NCBI GenBank assembly: GCA_002811645.1
Contig: PDIP01000190.1
Location: 1 to 40,207 of the forward strand
Reading direction: 5' to 3'
DNA from: Corallochytrium limacisporum Hawaii
Lineage: Eukaryota; Protista; Pluriformea
DNA length: 40,207 nucleotides
Both the position numbers and the translations under genes were made by a program. Shown piece after piece: positions 11,571-23,254 of the stretch (position 1 is the first letter of the stretch; each line of letters opens with the position of its first letter). Under the pieces are notes generated by a model. It saw nothing but the letters and a program-made list of their open reading frames with translations, did not search any database and was not told the origin of the DNA.

Positions 11571-11988
11571 AAGTGATTCAGCGTGGCTTTCGTGTGATGG
11601 CTTCTACACAAATATGAATAAAAACACAATAAGAGAACTCCGCCGGCAATCCCCCTCGCGGAGACGGAGGGAAATGGATCGCAGTGTCCGCCTCAAAATC
11701 CTCCGCTTGTCGTGAGTCGCGGCAACCGGGAGCTTGGGGAGGGGGACCCAAGGGAGGGCGGGGGAAAAGGGGACAAGAAACGGGAGAAACACGGGGATGC
11801 TCGGTAAGAGGACTTGAAGCGGCCAGGAGGTTTCATCAGCCCTGGGAAATCCAGGTCTACGGACTACTGTCATAACAACCTCGGCAGTGGTGTGATCTGT
11901 CAACATTGTGGTATGGTAAGTTTTAACGTGTTGAGCGTTGTAATTGAGACAAGGTGCAGGGCCTGCTGCCGTACTTTGCGACTCCGAG

Positions 11989-11999
11989 CTCGTATTTAA
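11989..11999 (+). promoter_or_regulatory. TATA-like box of A3
   Basis: CTCGTATTTAA at -103. Confidence 0.75.
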
Positions 12000-12094
12000 G
12001 ATGTTGTACAGGTCTCATCACTCAGAGGAGGATCTTGATCAATAAGACTAGACCACACGGGATAAAAAAATTCTGTCGTCTCTAGTGTACAAAC

Positions 12095-12745
12095 ATGAAC
12101 TTCAAGCTTTCTGTCCTTTCCGCTGTCATGGCAGTTGCCACTGCTGGTTCTTCAGGCGACCATGCGTCTCCTGTCATCCCACAGCTCATTCGTAACCTCA
12201 TTGCCAGTGACCCCCACAGGTTCACCAGCGAGACTGCTCGCCAGCAGTTCCTCAACGGCGAAACGGACGACATTCATGCCACTGATCTTTATCTTGGCAC
12301 TCAAACTACTTTCGGGAAAGGCGGCTGCGAGGAGGCTGCTAAGGTCAAAGAGCCCGGAATCGGCTGCGCCGTCTTCAGCTTGGATGGTGACGACAAGGAG
12401 CTCGTCTTGCACGAGGATACAAGACTTGGTGGCTTCCTTACTATTGGAGAAGCATCGCTGGAGTTGAAGTACAAGACTGCGAGAAACTACGAGTACCATT
12501 GGTACATCAACGAGACCTTCCAGCTCGAGGCCGACCAGTCCTGGACCATCGAAATCGGAGAGGAAGGAGGGGAACCCATTACGATTCAGAAAGATTGGAA
12601 CGAAGCTCTGGTCACTCTCCATGTGAAAAAGACCAGCATGTGGCCGGAAACGCGCCTTTTCTGGTATCGCTTGGGAGGCTACCATCAACTCGCTGACAGT
12701 GACAGATACATGTGGTGCGCAATGATTGCGGAGCCTAAGTGCTAA
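12095..12745 (+). CDS. Family A secreted protein A3 (216 aa; divergent, unpaired copy)
   Basis: Signal peptide, SETARQQFL, C-x12-C, RLFWYR, MWCAMIAEPKC; box at -103; AATAAA at 12788. Confidence 0.92.
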   Translation: MNFKLSVLSAVMAVATAGSSGDHASPVIPQLIRNLIASDPHRFTSETARQQFLNGETDDIHATDLYLGTQTTFGKGGCEEAAKVKEPGIGCAVFSLDGDDKELVLHEDTRLGGFLTIGEASLELKYKTARNYEYHWYINETFQLEADQSWTIEIGEEGGEPITIQKDWNEALVTLHVKKTSMWPETRLFWYRLGGYHQLADSDRYMWCAMIAEPKC

Positions 12746-13000
12746 AGACTAGATTTTCCTTTTCGCCGAATGGATTGGACACCGTAGAATAAACAACCTT
12801 GCCAATGTTTTGCTACGTTTAAACGGGGACCAGTCCAGCTCTCGCTTCATGTACAAGTGATGTACGAGTTTCGAGGCAATACGCAGGACGTCATTGGTTG
12901 ACGATTGAAGTTCTGTGAACTGGCGGCCAATGGGTTACAATAATTCTTCGATAGTCTGGATCGTCCGACAATGCACCGTCCCTCCCGAAAGACTGGATGG

Positions 13001-13134
13001 CTGAGCTCACCGAATATGGTTCGCGATGTCGAAAAGAGGCGCGCATTTTCTGGTACCGCTTGGGTGAACCTAAACTCTTACCTGACAACAAAAACTATTT
13101 GTGGTGCGGTTTTTTTGCACAGCCTAAGTGTTAA
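13001..13134 (+). pseudogene. Internally deleted copy of family A gene A6
   Basis: 13001-13030 matches A6 26496-26525 (29/30) and 13040-13134 matches A6 26992-27086 (RIFWYRLGEPK...QPKC*). About 466 bp between them is replaced by 9 nt; no start codon or promoter box. Confidence 0.9.
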
Positions 13135-13395
13135 GATGTAGCTGTGGTGTAGTTTTGAGGGAAATACGTCGCGTTCCTACTAACAAATCTACACAGTATA
13201 ATACAGAACATTCTATACCCGCTTTGCTTTATTCCGACATTTTCCCCCAGCTCCGACTACAGCGTTAGAATCCGACACCTGCAAGCAGGATGTCGACTGC
13301 TACTTCGCCGACTGACGAAATTGAATGTCTAGCATGTATTATTTGCTGAGCGTCGTTGATGACTGCCGTGCAGTTGGATCATGTTGTGCAAATGC

Positions 13396-14013
13396 TTAGT
13401 CACACTGAGGAACAGCGACATAGGCGCAGACGATGTCGTAAGTGTTGTCATATGCGACAGGACCGAAGAAGTAGCCAGCTGCCCGATCGTCCCTGTCCTT
13501 AATTTTGGATGTGACAACGCTGTCAAGGTAGCTGTGGCCCGTAACTGTGATGCCAGGTGTGTCACTGTCACCATCACCGGTAAGGGTCAAAGTGAAAGTG
13601 TTTTCCTCGTTGATATTCATAGGGTCACTGTTATCCCAGGTCAGCTCCTTCCACTTCTGGTCGGGTGGAAGTACCCACTCGTTATCTCCGCTCGTGAGCG
13701 TGCCTTGCACGTATAGAGCATTGTGTTCTACGTTCATCATTTGGTGGTTGCCATCGGGTTTGATATAGTAGATAGCACACATAAGACCCTGTTCTGAAAC
13801 GTAAGTTGCCTTGTCGCCACAATAGTAGGTCTTCTGAGTCCCGATGAAAACATCCTGGGCTGTTCCATCTGCAACGGAAGCGATGGGAGACATCCCGGTG
13901 ATTGCCTGCAGACGCTGATCCAGCATGGACCTGGTGATTTCCTTAGCGCGAGGGGCTGGATTGGCCGCCGCAGCGGCAACCAGACCAGTAAGGATGATTT
14001 GCTTGAATGACAT
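13396..14013 (-). CDS. Family B secreted protein B2 (205 aa; close paralogue of B5)
   Basis: Signal peptide MSFKQIILTGLVAAAAA, four conserved Cys, family motifs; box at -97. Confidence 0.93.
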   Translation of the reverse strand: MSFKQIILTGLVAAAAANPAPRAKEITRSMLDQRLQAITGMSPIASVADGTAQDVFIGTQKTYYCGDKATYVSEQGLMCAIYYIKPDGNHQMMNVEHNALYVQGTLTSGDNEWVLPPDQKWKELTWDNSDPMNINEENTFTLTLTGDGDSDTPGITVTGHSYLDSVVTSKIKDRDDRAAGYFFGPVAYDNTYDIVCAYVAVPQCD

Positions 14014-14101
14014 TGTCGCTTGGGTAAGAAATAGGCCACTTTCTTTTCACTTCTTGGCATAAGACTACGATTCAAGGTCGCTTGATCAGTACAGTGGATC
14101 C

Positions 14102-14110
14102 AATAAATAC
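14102..14110 (-). promoter_or_regulatory. TATA-like box of B2
   Basis: GTATTTATT at -97. Confidence 0.72.
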
Positions 14111-16602
14111 CAGCAAACCCTCCTTCTTCCCATAGTATGTTTACAGCCCCAGCAAACCCTGAACATATTACCGTTGCACTTGGATCCCTGTATGAAGGTC
14201 ATCAAATGAGCATGTAGACACTAAATCGTCAACAGGTGTTCAATTTGTGCCCAGATCGACAACTTCAATGGCTTGATCGTCACACGCCACCCGTTACCTC
14301 CCCCAGTGTCCTGGGTCCGCGCCCGTCTTTCCCCCCTCTGCCGGAGCGGCCTGTTCCCTCACAAATGGCAATTAAACCCAGTACGGAACCGGTTGCTGTT
14401 CTCACAGGCGCGTGACTTTTTCGGTTGCCCGTTCGTCGGCGGTTGGGGCGGGCTTTGCATCATGAACCCCACGATAGGGCAGGAAAGAAGTGTAAGAAGG
14501 GATGGATGCACACGCACATGACCACGGACCATCCGAGGGTAGCGCTGCTTGTCCAATCTGTACAGGGTTAGTGTGGATGCAACATGACACACAAAGAAAA
14601 TGTCCATGGTCGATCCGATCCTTGCCAATGGGCCCACGGTAGAAGAATAAAATTGAAACTGCGCTGAGTCAGTTTGGCCTAGATCTCTAATCTGATGGAC
14701 CTATTGTTTTCGATACCAGCAATATATGATTAGGTTCAGGAGCGCTCTACGGTAGTCCTCCATCGCGGTACCATGGACATCACACGGGAGTGACAAACGA
14801 TACTCGAAATGGGAAATGCACCACGAATGCACATCGTCCATACCGTGGGCTACATGGTCGACAAGGCTTCAGGAAGGCGCCATAGCAACCTCAATTCAGT
14901 ACTCACGCAATGGTATTTTCGAATGCGCCATCTCAATGATGGCCCATTTGCGCCAGGAGTCCTCAGCGCTCCGGGTATCAATTTTTTAGTGTGTGCGATT
15001 TCTGACGGAGTTCCAGCCGGAAGGAAATTTTGCAAGGTTGTTGGACTATTAGGGAGTGGTCGGAAACACGTAAGCATATGTGTTTCGTTGCAAATTGGGT
15101 ACAAATATACTGCATCTGTACCGGTCATTTTATATTTAGCCGTCCACGGGCTGTCCCGTGTTCCGGTTGCATTCCTGTCCTGTTTCTTTTGCTCATGCTT
15201 GTTTAGTCCCTTGCTTTCTTCCTAATTTTTTCCAGCGTGAACCTTCCGGTCCATTCGTTTGAAATTCGGAGGCGACGGGACAAGGGTGTGGACAGCTCGA
15301 ACAGGAGTGACTGTTGTTTTTTTGGCGTTTCTTGTCGGGGCCAACGGACAACCCCGCCCGCCAAGGGAGGAAGTGAAGGCAGAGCCCACGATCTACTTGG
15401 CCGCTCCGCCTACTTCTTTTGGAATGAAAAATGCTGCGCAAAATGCAAAACATACCTTATTTCTGTGCCATACCTTAACCGCTCTACACAAGGACAGGTG
15501 AAGGACACATCGTCACAGTCCCATTGTCTCGTCCGGGGGTAGGTTTACGAAATATCAGATCCGGCAAATCGGACAGAGGATGCATGCTCTTTTTGGATAT
15601 ACCAACAACTGGATACCACCAACAAACTGGCGCTTATAAAGCTTACCACCGTTTCAGGATGGCCCCAAGGCATACTGCAATTTAATACTCAAGCAATGGC
15701 CAGCTGCCGCGAAGGTACACTTGCGCCGCGGTTGTTTTCAGAGGACCCAGTTGTCGGTGTTTGTTTTAAAACGCAATGTCTTAGGACGATCCGCCCACCG
15801 GAAATAATCTGTTCGCGCGGGCAAATGCCCTGACTGTGATTTTTTCAGTCCCATTCTTTCTATGGATTCCAAGTGTCTGGATTCCAGTCGTTCTGGGTAT
15901 GTTGAGTGGTTGTTTTCGAGCACACTTGGCGGCGGCCATGGTTCGGTGTCGAGTACCCCACCCCGATGCACAGCATCGGACAACACGTGGTACATTGTAT
16001 TTGATCGTATGCAAGCAATCCCTGAATCGTAGACGTGCCTGCCTTTCACATTATGGTGCAGCCGATAGTTGACTCGAATTATTGTTGTCATAGAATGGCG
16101 TTGCAGAAATACTTGGCATCGTCTCGCTATCTGGGATGGCCTGCCGCCAAAAGTAAAGGCGGCTTCAACGAGCAAGCAATGCCACACTAGAGCAGGAAAA
16201 CTAACATAAAGCAGAACACTTGCGGCGGTTAAATTGATGCGGAGGTGGGTAGGTGACATGTACAGCACCTGGTACAGGGAGGTTGTTCACTGGCGCCCTG
16301 GTTCCCCAGCACTGTGCTCAGGTGACTGATACCGATGTCAAGTACGATTGTAATTAAGATCGAGTACGGAAATGGGGAAAGGTTGGTCGGGGGAAAGGAT
16401 CTTTTGGCGATGGTTGTGTGCGGGAACTGTTGGTGGGTGAGGTTCTCATCGGCCCCTGGGAAAAATGAGTTGCATACTATGGTCATCGGGACATTGATGG
16501 TAGTCTGATTCGCCGCCATCACGGTACAGGTGGCAAGCAATGTGTGCAGCTGCAAAGGTAAAGAAACAGGGATAGTAGTGTTGCGTGCTATCGTTGCCTG
16601 TG

Positions 16603-16613
16603 CTCGTATTTAA
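16603..16613 (+). promoter_or_regulatory. TATA-like box of A4
   Basis: CTCGTATTTAA at -100. Confidence 0.75.
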
Positions 16614-16705
16614 GCTCATCCACTTGCTTGATCACCAAGAGTAGATCTTGATCCACAAGGCTGGACCACGTTGTCTGGAACAATTCTATCATTTCTAGTT
16701 GCACC

Positions 16706-17386
16706 ATGAACTTCAAAATCGCTGTCCTAGCTGCTGCGGCAGCCGTTGCTACTGCTGATCCTTCCGAAAATAGTGCTCCTCTGCGCATCCCCAAGATCAT
16801 GCGCGACGCCATCGCCCAGAACACCGAAGCATTTGTGAGCGAGGAAGCTCGCCAGGAATTTTTGGCAGGTGAAGGAGATGTGGCTTCCGCAAGCAACGTC
16901 TACGTCGGCGAGCAAGCCACATTTGGAGAGTATGGCTGCACTGAGGCTGATAAGGTCAACTGGATGAATGTCTTCTGTGGTGTCTACACATTAGAAGGTG
17001 ACAACCACGAACTTAATTTGTACACTGATCTCAAAATCGGTGGCTATGTCAAAATGGGAGACGAGACCCTTGAGGTGCCATACAAAAAGGCAGGAAATGA
17101 TGACCGGTACGAATGGCACTTCAAGGATAAGACGATCCATCTTGACGGGATCACGGACTTTACCTTCGCTATTGGTGAGGAAGGACAGGCGTTTACGTTC
17201 GACGAAACCAAAGAATGGAACGAACCTTTGTTTGCTTATCAGGTCCAGGGCAGTGTGTCGTTCGACAGACAGCGCTTTTTCTGGTACCGCTACGGTTCTA
17301 AGAACTTGCGCGGTCATGTGACAGAAACAGACAAGAAGCAGTTGTGGTGCGCCTTTATGGCACAACCCAAGTGCAACAAAGTGTAA
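16706..17386 (+). CDS. Family A secreted protein A4 (226 aa; close paralogue of A7)
   Basis: Signal peptide and family motifs; box at -100; AATAAA at 17424. Confidence 0.93.
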   Translation: MNFKIAVLAAAAAVATADPSENSAPLRIPKIMRDAIAQNTEAFVSEEARQEFLAGEGDVASASNVYVGEQATFGEYGCTEADKVNWMNVFCGVYTLEGDNHELNLYTDLKIGGYVKMGDETLEVPYKKAGNDDRYEWHFKDKTIHLDGITDFTFAIGEEGQAFTFDETKEWNEPLFAYQVQGSVSFDRQRFFWYRYGSKNLRGHVTETDKKQLWCAFMAQPKCNKV

Positions 17387-17613
17387 CTCGGTGCGGCTTG
17401 TGTGATGGACACTATAACGCAAAAATAAATACACTTTTCGTTTTGACTACCCTCAAAGGGACCAATACGTTTCGTGCATCATGTGGTCGAATATGATTTC
17501 AGGTTTAAAGCACGATGGAAGTTACTGCTACTTCGCAGAGGCGTTTAAGATTGCCTATTGATGTGTGTACCGCACTTTTCTTAAATGATTAATTCGCAAA
17601 TTGCTCAGAATAC

Positions 17614-18249
17614 TTATTCGCACATAGGGGAAACGGCATAGCCACACAGGAGGCTATACTCCTCGTCGAACTTCTTGGGGCCGAAGTAGTAGAGAGGTGA
17701 ACGGCCAAAGGGGGTATTTTCTGAGAGAGTGCTGTCAAGGAAGCTCTTGGTTACTTCAATGGTAGGCCAGAAACCCGAATCATCATCATTACCAATGGTG
17801 AAAGTAAAGATATTATCCTCGTTGATGTCCATGGAATCAGGCAGGTACCAATCCAGAGTCTGGTTGAAGTACCTATCAGAAAATTCCCATACATTACCGT
17901 CTCCGCTCTTGATGGAGCCGTACAGCATTTTAGGGTTGCCCTGAACGACCATGAGTTCGTTGTTGTTGGTCGTGTCAAGTTTGAAGAGCATGCATGCAAT
18001 GGCCTGTTCTATAACGGCGACGGCCTTCCTGCATCTCTTTCCATTTTCATCTTCATAGCCATGCTGGGGCCCGACGTAGACGCCGGAGCGCTTAGAATCT
18101 GAACCAAAGGCGAAGACGACGGGATCAAGGCCGGCGATAGCCATGACGCGCTGCTCCAATGCGGTCCGGACGACTTCCCGGGCGGAAGGGGCAGGGTTGG
18201 CGGCGACAGCGGCAACCAGACCGGTGAGGGCGATTTGCTTGAACGACAT
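17614..18249 (-). CDS. Family B secreted protein B3 (211 aa)
   Basis: Start moved from the ORF-track 18312 to ATG 18249 (MSFKQIALTGLVAAVAA), matching paralogues and putting the box at -98; C-x12-C and C-x7-C. Confidence 0.92.
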   Translation of the reverse strand: MSFKQIALTGLVAAVAANPAPSAREVVRTALEQRVMAIAGLDPVVFAFGSDSKRSGVYVGPQHGYEDENGKRCRKAVAVIEQAIACMLFKLDTTNNNELMVVQGNPKMLYGSIKSGDGNVWEFSDRYFNQTLDWYLPDSMDINEDNIFTFTIGNDDDSGFWPTIEVTKSFLDSTLSENTPFGRSPLYYFGPKKFDEEYSLLCGYAVSPMCE

Positions 18250-18338
18250 GTTTGCTTGTATAAGAAAGGAATGAGAAGCGCTAATTTTGCTTGACACAAG
18301 ATCATGACTCAATGTCTCTTGAGCAGTCCGGTGGATCT

Positions 18339-18347
18339 AATAAATAC
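18339..18347 (-). promoter_or_regulatory. TATA-like box of B3
   Basis: GTATTTATT at -98. Confidence 0.72.
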
Positions 18348-21300
18348 CAGCAGCGCCCTGCCGGGTCTCCCACTATGCTCAAAACTTCATCTTGACTGCA
18401 AACAATCACCACTGCTGCCGGTTAATCCCTACACCAGCGCCGAAGCATGAAGCGTGTAGCCTCCACCGCTAACCACTTAAACTTGCTTCTAAAGTTCACC
18501 TCCTTATCCCGCGGTACTTGACTTAAAAAGGCCCAAGCGGGATGTGCTGCCCGCTGCATCATCGCACACCACACGCGCCACCGTTACCTGCGCTCCGAGC
18601 AGGACCGTCCAAAACCTTCCCCCCCTCCCTCCAGCTCCTCCTCTCCTTTCCCCCCCCCCTGCCCCTTCCAACCATCTCTCCAAATTCGATACTGTCCAAC
18701 CAACCAACCAATCCCTCTCTCCCCCCCTCCCCCCTTCCTTCCCCCCTGGCCTGTAACCCCCGTCCTGGGGTTGTGATTGCAAAAGCTGGATAGATTTTTC
18801 TCCGACGCACTCTCACACGCTGCTGGGGACCGAAGGTGTCACGAAGGTCTTTTTTCGTAGTTTCTCTTTGTTTTGGCCCCCATTACTTTCTCTATATTTT
18901 CACTGTTAAATTGGCCCCTGAGATTACGCGTTCGTTTTGCTTTGTTGGCTTCCACCAAAAAATGAAAACAAAGTGTGCCAGAAAGGAGGGGAGACCTGAA
19001 ATGCTCCGTCCCCACCGGAAGTATTTTGCCAGTGTTTCTTGTTCCCCCCCCCCCAAAACGCAATTCACAGCCGTAAGGAAGGGTTCACTGTGTAGCTCCG
19101 ATATTGTATTTCTATGGCTTTCGTATGTGAAATGCAAGGGACAACCCGAAAGACGAAAGGGATCCTCCCCCCGGGGGGGGAGGCCGCCGGGGGGAGTTGG
19201 CCGCGACGTGGTGGGGTTGCTAATTCGATGGACCCTGTCGTATTGGATACCCCATTCTATTCTGGTACCTGATCCGAACACTGAGGATGTGGGCCGTATT
19301 CCATTGTCTCTAGTGGAGGGCACACATACAGAGATTGAACCTCGGAAGCCGGAAGAATGGGCATCATCTTCTGGAACCATGGCACATCATGGATTGGTCA
19401 ACTTTGCCGGAAATTGCGCGCCCGACATCACTTTTGTGTTTGTTGTGCCACGGGGTGCGTAATCATCTCTTGCGTCACTGGAACTATCTGCATACCTTAT
19501 AATCATGCGGCATCATAGGAAACCTTAAACTAAGCAATCTTGGGTCTTGGTTATGTCCCGCATGAATGATGCTTACTCCGCACCAGGGGACAGTCTCCAA
19601 TCCACCGGGAAACGCAACCAGGCCTTCCCTCCTCCCTCCGCTTCCCCATTTTCTTTCCTTTGGGTGGAGTTTTTGCTATTCATTCTGTACTGCCAGAGGC
19701 AAACTGTGTTTTCGTAGACTCCCGATTTGTGGCGATGGGGAGTGGGGCCCGGTGGGCACACACACACGCACATCGCACCACACCCCTGAAGATAAGAACA
19801 CCGGCAAGGGGGACCTTATACTTCCTGGCTGCCAGAACAGAGTCCAAACAACCACATCGAAGGCGACAATTGACGCTTTAAGGACATTTTAGTGGGATCG
19901 TGTACCCAAATCCCGATGGTTTTCTTGGTTGGGGCGTATGTAGAGACCTCCCCCGTGTGAGGGCGTCGCCGGGACAGGGAGCGGACAAGGAAGTAAATGT
20001 TTGTGTTGGGCATGAATCATCTTCGCGCGCGTGTGTGTGTTTGTCTGCTGTACCGCCTATTTGTACCCAGAGCAAACGTTAAAAGAAAGGGAACAGAGCA
20101 CAGAGGCGATGTGTACGAGAAGACAGACGAGATATATATATATATTATCACGATCACTGGCTGCCACCAACGCCTGTAGCGGCGGCATCTGGGAGCCATG
20201 GACATCACATGCGACGGACAACGATCGTTGATATCGGACATGCACCACGCTTACACACCGTACAGATCGCAAGTGACATGTTCCGTATGGGTTCAGGATG
20301 GCGCCATAGCAACTCCAATTCAGCACTCAAACAATGGATTCTCGAATGCACGATATCATTGAAGGCCTTTTGCGCCGGAACTTCCCCGCGCACAACCAGC
20401 ACCGGTGTCAGTTTTTCAGTGTGTGCGATTTCTTAGTAGTTGCTTCTGGAAGGAAATTTTGTGAAGGGTAGCTCGAGCCGGAGGGGTGGTGGTGGGCTAT
20501 GAACGCACGGGACGTGGCGCGGAGAGCGGTTTACTGGTTTCGGAAACCGTGGCACGCCATTTGTGTGTGCGCATCATGTCCATTTCCCGTACAAAACGCA
20601 CTGTCTCCTTCCTGCGCGTCTAGGTCAGTTGTCCGTTTGTGTGTGTGTGTGTGTGTGTCCATTTTGTCGAATGACGCGTTCCTCGGTTGATCTCCCTTTT
20701 ATGTGTCCTTTCTTTGCTTGACCCTGTGTGGGGGGGGGGAGGGTCTGGTCCTTTGTTTCTGTTTGGCCCCCCCCCCGGGGGGGGGGGGGTGGGCAGGAGA
20801 AAGAGAGGGGAAGGGGCGGCGGGGGGTCGGNNNNNNNNNNNNNNNNNNNNNNNNNNNNNNNNNNNNNNNNNNNNNNNNNNNNNNNNNNNNNNNNNNNNNN
20901 NNNNNNNNNNNNNNNNNNNNNNNNNNNNNNNNNNNNNNNNNNNNNNNNNNNNNNNNNNNNNNNNNNNNNNNNNNNNNNNNNNNNNNNNNNNNNNNGGGGG
21001 GGAGGGTGGGCCAGAAGAAAGAGAGGGGAAGGGGCGGCGGGGGTTCGGGTGGAGAGAGAGACACAGACAGACACTTGAAAAGAAAGGGACAAAACAAAAG
21101 CGGTGTATTTAGTATACTACCATCGCTCCATGTCGAGACGAGAGATGAGCAAAAGCAAAGCAGCCTCCCCTTCCCTGCCGAGGCGGGAGTGCCCGGGGGC
21201 ATGGAGGGTGGTGGTGGTTTGGATTAAAAACAAGAAAAAAAAACAAAAAGCTTTGCGCAGCTGCGTTAATTTCGTCCCGGACTGGTGGTGATCTTGCACT

Positions 21301-22493
21301 TCCTTCCCGGGCCAGGAATATATACCGTGCGCTGCTGCGCTGGGAATCTGGGATGCGTTCTTTACATGGGCGTGGGGTATTGGATACCCCGCCCGCCTTC
21401 CCTGCCCCCCGGCGTACCGCCGAAGAAGGAGTCAAGGTTTCTTGGGGATTTCATTCGGGTTCCTTGCCCAAGCGCTGCGCTCCAGGGCCACTACCGCACA
21501 CCAAAGAAGAAAGAAAGAAAAATAATAGCCAATTTTGTTTAAAACATAAAAGAAAAAAAAAGCCACCATTTCTTCCTCCCTCTTTTAGCCGCGCCACGTT
21601 CCCCGTCCCGGTAGTCTTGTGTCAGCAAGGGTGGTTCGCCTCCACGGTACGCGGGTGAGGAAGACGATCGCGGTGTACTTAAATGCCCCAAAGCAACAAA
21701 AGGTAATGACAGCAACATTGCAACATTGCCCAAGGTTTGCATCACCGCCGGAAGTGCAGCAGCACAGGAATGCGGAGGGTGGTGGTGAGGGGGGAGGAGA
21801 TTGGCGAGCAACGGGAAAGGAACTTGGCCCTTTTCCCTTCTTCTCCAGCGAAAATGGGCACCCTTTGGTTTTTCGGCCGGTCGCGGTTGGTCGTGGTAGG
21901 GTGACCCGCAGACCAGCAAGCCCGCCATACATACTAACTAAGAGCGTCACCAGCGGGAGAAGAATATAGTAACAGAAAAAAGAAAACTAAACAAGAAAAA
22001 CCAAAATTTGGGTGTGTGTGCGCGGGCCCCTGCGACGAAAGGCGCGTGGGGGGGGGGGGGGGGGGCAGGGAAGAGAGAGCGGGGGGGGGGGGGGGGGAAG
22101 GGAGGCAGGGAAGAGAGAGCGGGAAACTCAGAGTCGAGAAAAGACAAGAAAAGAGTGGTGGTTATGGCAAAGCGGGGAGGGTTAAAGTGGGGAAAGGGGG
22201 AGAAAGGACGGGGGAAAAGAGCTGGGGAGGGGGGCTCATTTTTTGGCCAAGAAAAGGAACCCACTTGGTTGGTGGTTGGCCAGTGGTCGCCGAACCTTCC
22301 CGCGGGGGGAGGCGGATTTGGGGATGGGTCCAAGGATGCTGCTGTTCAACCATGGGAAAAGCAGACTACGTGCAGTGGTCATCGGAACATTGATGGTTGT
22401 CTGATCTGACTCCTTGTTGGGACGGGAAGCCAGCAGGGTCTGCGCGTCTGAGTTGAAAGAGTCTGCTATGCCTGTATGCTTGATGAGCCCGTG

Positions 22494-22504
22494 CTCGTAT
22501 TTAA
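22494..22504 (+). promoter_or_regulatory. TATA-like box of A5
   Basis: CTCGTATTTAA at -101. Confidence 0.75.
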
Positions 22505-22597
22505 TGCCCAACAAGACAGATCACCAGGATGCGGACCTTGACCGACAAGGCTGGACCATATTGTCTGTACAAATTCTATCACTACTAGTTTGGAAAC

Positions 22598-23254
22598 ATG
22601 CACTTTAAGATTGTTGCCCTTGCCGCTGGCACGGCTGTCGCCTCTGCTGGTTCTGCTCCTGTGAACCTCCCCGAGATTATTCGCCAGACCATTGCCTCCA
22701 ACCCTGAGCTGTTCACCAGCGAGGCTGCTCGTCAGCAGTTCCTCGAAGGCGACGATCCGGTTGAAACGTCTACTGACATTTTCATCGGAAAGCAAACCAA
22801 TTTCGGAAGCTCGGAATGCACTGTAGTCAACAAGGTCGTGAACCCTGCCGTCGCTTGTGGTGTTTTCACGCTTGACGGCGAAAACAATGAGGTCGTCGTG
22901 GAGAAGGACGTTTCTATCGGAGGCACCTTCACTGTTGGAGAACAGACACCGCTTGAGCTGAAGTACATGCAAGCAAACTTCCCATACTCATGGACTTGGA
23001 ACAAACTTGGCAGCCTGGAACTCTCCGCCAACGATCAGTCGTTCTCTTTCTCCATTGGTCAGGAAGGCCAAGACCCAGTCCTTAACGTCTCGAACGAATG
23101 GATCGACCCTCTGTTTGTGATCCAGCTCCCCTCTCACGGTTGGTGGAATGGGAACCGCCTCTTCTGGTACCGCTCTGCGGGCGGCTATGTAGAGCTGGAG
23201 GAAGACAAGTACTTGTGGTGCGGTGTGCTTGCCGAACCCAAGTGTGTGGAATGA
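22598..23254 (+). CDS. Family A secreted protein A5 (218 aa; subtype shared with A1)
   Basis: Signal peptide and family motifs; box at -101; AATAAA at 23290. Confidence 0.93.
   Translation: MHFKIVALAAGTAVASAGSAPVNLPEIIRQTIASNPELFTSEAARQQFLEGDDPVETSTDIFIGKQTNFGSSECTVVNKVVNPAVACGVFTLDGENNEVVVEKDVSIGGTFTVGEQTPLELKYMQANFPYSWTWNKLGSLELSANDQSFSFSIGQEGQDPVLNVSNEWIDPLFVIQLPSHGWWNGNRLFWYRSAGGYVELEEDKYLWCGVLAEPKCVE

Larger units (their letters stand above)
7233..11625 (+). repeat. Older duplication homologous to 13140-17430 and 27092-31595 (B, spacer, A unit)
   Basis: Collinear blocks through the B1 flank, the spacer and the A2 promoter and 3' end. Confidence 0.85.
13040..17516 (+). repeat. Recent segmental duplication, copy of ~26992-31680 (A6 3' end, B, spacer, A)
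   Basis: Long near-identical non-coding stretches, e.g. 14014-14460 vs 27972-28416; offset 13952 at the left edge. Confidence 0.92.

Noticed and set aside
12152-12688. Long antisense or alternative-frame ORFs over A/B genes (also 22466-22972, 24079-24585, 16991-17434)
   Set aside because: Shadow ORFs from codon bias; boundaries not conserved among paralogues
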